Shown here in pieces: positions 60,338-64,000 of a DNA stretch of 64,000 bases. The position numbers and the translations under genes were made by a program. The stretch's first letter is position 1. Every line of letters starts with the position of its first letter. This DNA is from an uncultured virus (IMG/VR IMGVR_UViG_3300035183_001042). Its lineage: Duplodnaviria > Heunggongvirae > Uroviricota > Caudoviricetes. Below the pieces are notes generated by a model, which made no database searches, was not told where the DNA came from, and was given only the letters and a program-made list of their open reading frames with translations. The stretch is from IMG/VR virus record IMGVR_UViG_3300035183_001042; one strand, written 5' to 3'.

Positions 60338-61243
60338 ATGACGGAAGACGTTACCGAGGAGAACCAAAGCAATTCATCGGATGACCTCATCTCAAGGTGC
60401 CTTCGAGAGACGAACAAGAGGGGCGATACCGCGCGTTGCTACTCGAGGCACCTAACACGTCTCTCTCACTGGATGGGTGCTCGAGGCGGATCTTTGTTGA
60501 GCGCAACGAAGAAAGACCTCAAAGAATACCTGTCAGACAATAGCCACGTAAACAGCGATGCTTCGTACAACGTCGTGTGCTGCTCATTTCGGTGCTTCTT
60601 CGGCTGGGGGTATCAGAAGGGGCTGATTGAAGAAAACCCAGCGAACGGCTTAAGGTCGAAGAGGCGACCTACGGATCGATCTTTCGATTTTGAGTCTGTC
60701 GCGAGAGAGGTGTCGATGGTGATCAACTCGATCCCGACCGATGGTCATATCGGCCGTAGAGATCGCGTGATGCTGGAGCTGATGCTCGAATTGGGCTTAA
60801 GCTGCAGCGGTGTTGCGAGCTTGAGGGTGGATCAGTTTTCGAGGGACGGATTTGTGACATTTCGCCACAACTCTTCGAGCCTGATTGAGTACAAGATCCC
60901 GGACGAGCTTTCGAAGCGCGTGTTGGACTACATCGACTTCGATCAGAAGATGTTTGTGCTCTATCCGGAAGATCTACGCGTTCTCTTCCCGTCCAAGTGG
61001 GGAGGACCGCTCGTCCGTCAGAGTATATGGAAGATGATTGTGAATCGTTCGAGGGCGATCGGAATCGACATTTCGCCGAAGAAGATCCGTTTGGCAACGA
61101 TAGCTCGGCTGAAGTTCGATGGACGAACAGCGGACGAGGTCGCACAGCGCGTTTCGATGTCTCCAGACCGAGTTCGTTACGTGATGTCAAAGCTCGTCAT
61201 AGGGAAAGCCGAAACTTCCGCTGACAGCGCCGTAGCCGTTTGA
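60338..61243 (+). CDS. XerC/D-like tyrosine recombinase with degenerate active site
   Basis: SAM-like N-terminus (FRCFFGW...ENPA), RDRVMLELMLELGLSCSG, LVRQSIWKM, ISPKKIR. Confidence 0.8.
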   Translation: MTEDVTEENQSNSSDDLISRCLRETNKRGDTARCYSRHLTRLSHWMGARGGSLLSATKKDLKEYLSDNSHVNSDASYNVVCCSFRCFFGWGYQKGLIEENPANGLRSKRRPTDRSFDFESVAREVSMVINSIPTDGHIGRRDRVMLELMLELGLSCSGVASLRVDQFSRDGFVTFRHNSSSLIEYKIPDELSKRVLDYIDFDQKMFVLYPEDLRVLFPSKWGGPLVRQSIWKMIVNRSRAIGIDISPKKIRLATIARLKFDGRTADEVAQRVSMSPDRVRYVMSKLVIGKAETSADSAVAV

Positions 61244-61247
61244 AGTC

Positions 61248-61898
61248 TCAGCCTGGGAGCGTCCACGGCATAGGCAAGTCTTCTGGCTGAAGTATTGGAT
61301 TGTTGTTTGTCATGTTGCGGAATTGACAGCGAAACTCTGCGCACTGTCTGGCGGTTGGCTCTGGCTCACCGTAGTGGATCCAAGGGACCGACGCGACGTG
61401 ATGCTTCGGCATGAATTCCAGAGACATGACAACACTCTTGGTCGTCACAATGAGGGTCGTCCATGTCTGCCACGCTTCTCAGCACCATTCTGCGGATGCG
61501 TCCCGAAAGACTTGAGTGTCTCCATAGGACTCAGACATCGACCAGATGTGCCCAAAGAAGAGGAGCGGCTTACTCTCGGTTCTCTTGGCTTCGCGTAGCG
61601 CCACGATCCACGCTGGCTCTGGATCGCCTGCGCTCTCTTTTCCCACCAGTCTGTCACTCTACGAATCAGTGCGGAGCTTGTCGACTTCTCTCCATCTGCT
61701 CGAAGACCCAAGAAGATCGATGAGGCGTCTTTCTATGGGATCCACGAAGGATATCCATCGGACGGCTGGAAGAGCTTCTTCGTGAACGAGAGCAAGAATG
61801 CGAAGCGTCGACTGACACCGTCTTCGGCGATGCCGCAGGCTCGATGCGCCCAAACAACGGAACGTTGATAGTTTAGCGAGGCTGTATACATGGTTCAT
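61248..61898 (-). pseudogene. hypothetical gene with in-frame TAG and TGA
   Basis: ORFs 61659-61946 and 61248-61448 share a frame, joined by protein-like sequence: ...KLRTDS*SDRLVG...ASAEWC*EAWQTWTTLIVTTKSV... Confidence 0.55.
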
Positions 61899-61918
61899 CC
61901 TTCTGGTAAGATCGTTGT

Positions 61919-62212
61919 ATGCAGGCTTCAGGACAGACTGTTCCAACCCAGGCGCAGCAGAACGCGATCGCGGATGTTTTTGCGAGGAGCATGGTCGAAT
62001 CGCTTGCCCCGATCCTCCAGCGAGACATCATTCCGCAAGTCCTGCAGGACCGAAACGCGCTGACCATCCTCGGGTCTGAGGCCGGCAAGGCTGCGACTCG
62101 AGAGGCTGGCGCTTGGGGAGCGGTGCTCGCCGGAGGGGTCGGTCTCCTCGGCCTCGGAGTATTCTTGGTTGGCACTGCCAGCTTGCTTCGGGCGATCAAG
62201 TCCACTCCATAA
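61919..62212 (+). CDS. small protein with C-terminal membrane anchor
   Basis: TGG-TAAGAT 6 nt before the ATG; WGAVLAGGVGLLGLGVFLVG. Confidence 0.7.
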   Translation: MQASGQTVPTQAQQNAIADVFARSMVESLAPILQRDIIPQVLQDRNALTILGSEAGKAATREAGAWGAVLAGGVGLLGLGVFLVGTASLLRAIKSTP

Positions 62213-62288
62213 GCAGTGGCAAGTCGCTCTTGCCATGGGCGTCTGGGCGTAGTTCAATCCAGACGATGATTCCCCAGGGAGAACCACG

Positions 62289-63059
62289 ATGACCGTCAAA
62301 AAGAAGAAGAAGTGCCTGAAGAAGAGTCTCCATAGCAAGAAGTGCGCGAAGAAGATTCCCGGCACATGCTCGATCGAGACTCGCGGCAAAATGACGACGA
62401 TCGTGTGCGACAGGCTTGCAGCTCGAAAAGTGCTCTCCGTCGCTCAGCAGCAGACCGTGCCAGATGAGAAGATCAACTCGCTCGCTCAGAAGGCTGCGAA
62501 GGCGTGGAAGCGCGCGCACGATGGTCTGCCGATGGGACGCGCTGGCTTCAACAAGGCCTACCGGGTCGCGCACGAGGAGATCTCGCGCTACCTCGGCATC
62601 GAGCAGGTGGGCAAGTTCGCGGCCGACACGAAGAAACGCTTCGAGGAGGCGTTGTCGATGGCGTTGATCGATCATGGGACGTCGCTCGACTTCGCGGCTT
62701 TCGAGCCCAAGCGCCGCGTCGGCAGTAGCAAGAGAACTGAAAATGTCGAGGATGTCGAGGATGTCGAGGAGATCGAGACGCGTCCGTCTGCTCCTGTCAG
62801 TCGCGACTTCGGCGAGGAGATCGAGCCGCGTCCGTCTGCTCCCGTCTTTCGCGACTTTGGCGAGACGAACTATCCTCGTCCGTCGGACCCTGGCTTCCCC
62901 TTCCGTCGCGACTTCGGCGAGTCGAACGAGCCGCCGATGACCAATGGAGCTTACGGCTATCCCACCGAGCCAATCTCGGAGGACTTCGAGATGGACCGAG
63001 AGCGCTTCTACAGCAGAGCTTCTGATGGGCTGCACAGGCGTCGTCGTCGCTCGCGCTGA
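62289..63059 (+). CDS. basic protein with RPS...RDFGE repeats
   Basis: GGGAG RBS; poly-Lys start, three RDFGE units, poly-Arg end. Confidence 0.7.
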   Translation: MTVKKKKKCLKKSLHSKKCAKKIPGTCSIETRGKMTTIVCDRLAARKVLSVAQQQTVPDEKINSLAQKAAKAWKRAHDGLPMGRAGFNKAYRVAHEEISRYLGIEQVGKFAADTKKRFEEALSMALIDHGTSLDFAAFEPKRRVGSSKRTENVEDVEDVEEIETRPSAPVSRDFGEEIEPRPSAPVFRDFGETNYPRPSDPGFPFRRDFGESNEPPMTNGAYGYPTEPISEDFEMDRERFYSRASDGLHRRRRRSR

Positions 63060-63071
63060 TGACGTCTCGGC

Positions 63072-63476
63072 TCACCGCTCTCCGCAGAAGGTCATTCCGA
63101 TTTTGGGGAGGATCTCGCTGGCCAAGATCAGGCGGTGGCAGCGCGTTGGAACCTCGCAGTAGCAGACGAGGGTGACTTCTTCCTGCTTGACTAGCGCATC
63201 CCACGATTCGCGGTGATTCTTGTAGGACGCCCTCATCGCCGCGAGATAGCTCTCCCTGTAGTTGTCCCAGGCGTCCTTCACTTTGTTGGTAGCTGAGACT
63301 GAGACAAGTTTTCGCTGTTCTAGGATCTTTCGAAGGCTGATCATATCAAGGAAGGATGATTCCGGTGGCGCGAATGGCTTTCCGCGTGCTCCTCCTGTCT
63401 TTCGCGTGATATCGAACCGGTCCTCTCTGTCGTACCTAATCGAACTCGTCCAGACGTTTCCCATGGCTCGGCCCAT
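63072..63476 (-). CDS. DUF488-like protein
   Basis: FAPP...YLAAMR...VTLVCYCEVPTRCHRLILA. Confidence 0.7.
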   Translation of the reverse strand: MGRAMGNVWTSSIRYDREDRFDITRKTGGARGKPFAPPESSFLDMISLRKILEQRKLVSVSATNKVKDAWDNYRESYLAAMRASYKNHRESWDALVKQEEVTLVCYCEVPTRCHRLILASEILPKIGMTFCGER

Positions 63477-63991
63477 CAGGACTTTCCCTTGTTTGCGTCC
63501 AGCAAGATGCGCAACAGATCGACGGCCTCCATGCCCGAGACGATCGCGTCATCTAGCGGGTTGTGCTCGAGCCCTCCAAAGCTCGCGTACCTCTGTGCGA
63601 TCGGAGCCACGCTCGGGGCCGCTAGACTTGCTGCGAGACGAAGCGTCGATATCTCGTGCATCGGAGCTGGACCCAGCATCTCGAACGCCGGATCAAGCGT
63701 GATTGATCGAAGGAAGATGTTGTGCTCCACAGGGAATCCCCAGTCGGCGACGGTGATGATCTCCTCTTCTTTCACGAGACCTTCGTAAGCCATGGCCACG
63801 CTGAGCGCACGCTTGATGTTCGTCACCCACAAAAAGTCGAGTCCCATCGCCTTTTCGTGCACCTTGATGACCCTGTCGACGCCGGCCCACGTGACCCCTG
63901 CGGTCCAGCAGCGCCACCACGCGAAGAAGGAGGCGTGCAGGTGTACATCCGATCCCTCGATGAGCGCTATGTCTGACCAGCGATTCATCAC
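63476..63991 (-). CDS. hypothetical protein
   Basis: 171-aa ORF coupled to the DUF488 gene; may start further upstream. Confidence 0.6.
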   Translation of the reverse strand: MMNRWSDIALIEGSDVHLHASFFAWWRCWTAGVTWAGVDRVIKVHEKAMGLDFLWVTNIKRALSVAMAYEGLVKEEEIITVADWGFPVEHNIFLRSITLDPAFEMLGPAPMHEISTLRLAASLAAPSVAPIAQRYASFGGLEHNPLDDAIVSGMEAVDLLRILLDANKGKS

Positions 63992-64000
63992 CGGACCGAT

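Noticed and set aside
61445..61891. Alternative frame with a TAG at 61733
   Set aside because: The overlapping 61248-61898 frame is longer and more protein-like; both cannot be supported
1..64000. Genome-wide TAG reassignment (code 15)
   Set aside because: TAG is the evident true stop of several genes (20500, 46004, 37994, 51610), long core genes have no internal TAG, and internal TGA also occurs
1..64000. tRNA or rRNA genes
   Set aside because: No cloverleaf/T-loop or rRNA signature seen by eye; tRNAscan-SE is needed to exclude them

Overview
The window looks like part of a large, GC-rich virus-like or plasmid-like element, probably of a myxobacterial (Polyangia-type) host. The host is inferred from Cys-rich lipoprotein-style genes and the IS remnants. 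No capsid, terminase, rRNA, tRNA or CRISPR array is visible. Recognisable genes are a D5/P4-type SF3 helicase, a C5 DNA methyltransferase, a HIT hydrolase, a RecU-like resolvase, a PTP-type phosphatase, a SufS-like PLP enzyme, a J-domain protein, a sigma-70 region-4 protein, an XRE HTH, a RecT/Bet-like annealase beside a truncated RadA, a histone H1-like protein, a beta-helix structural protein, a phosphodiester glycosidase, a Pth2-like hydrolase, a triple Myb/SANT-like protein, holin-like proteins, a SNF2 helicase, a degenerate tyrosine recombinase and DUF488. A candidate origin (AT-rich tract, TACAC motifs, six 28-bp direct repeats) lies at about 8.3-9.3 kb. Four signals stand out. (1) A dispersed family of 7-9 Imm5-like helical paralogs with a conserved scaffold and a variable Ala/Ser/Tyr-rich segment. 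(2) Several genes whose frame stays intact through one to three in-frame TAG/TGA codons with no frameshift. (3) A TAnnnT (-10) box 5-9 nt before the start codon of many genes, implying widespread leaderless, self-contained gene cassettes. (4) Many proteins with a single C-terminal membrane anchor, including candidate cell-wall enzymes. All protein calls come from reading motifs by eye; no database search was run.
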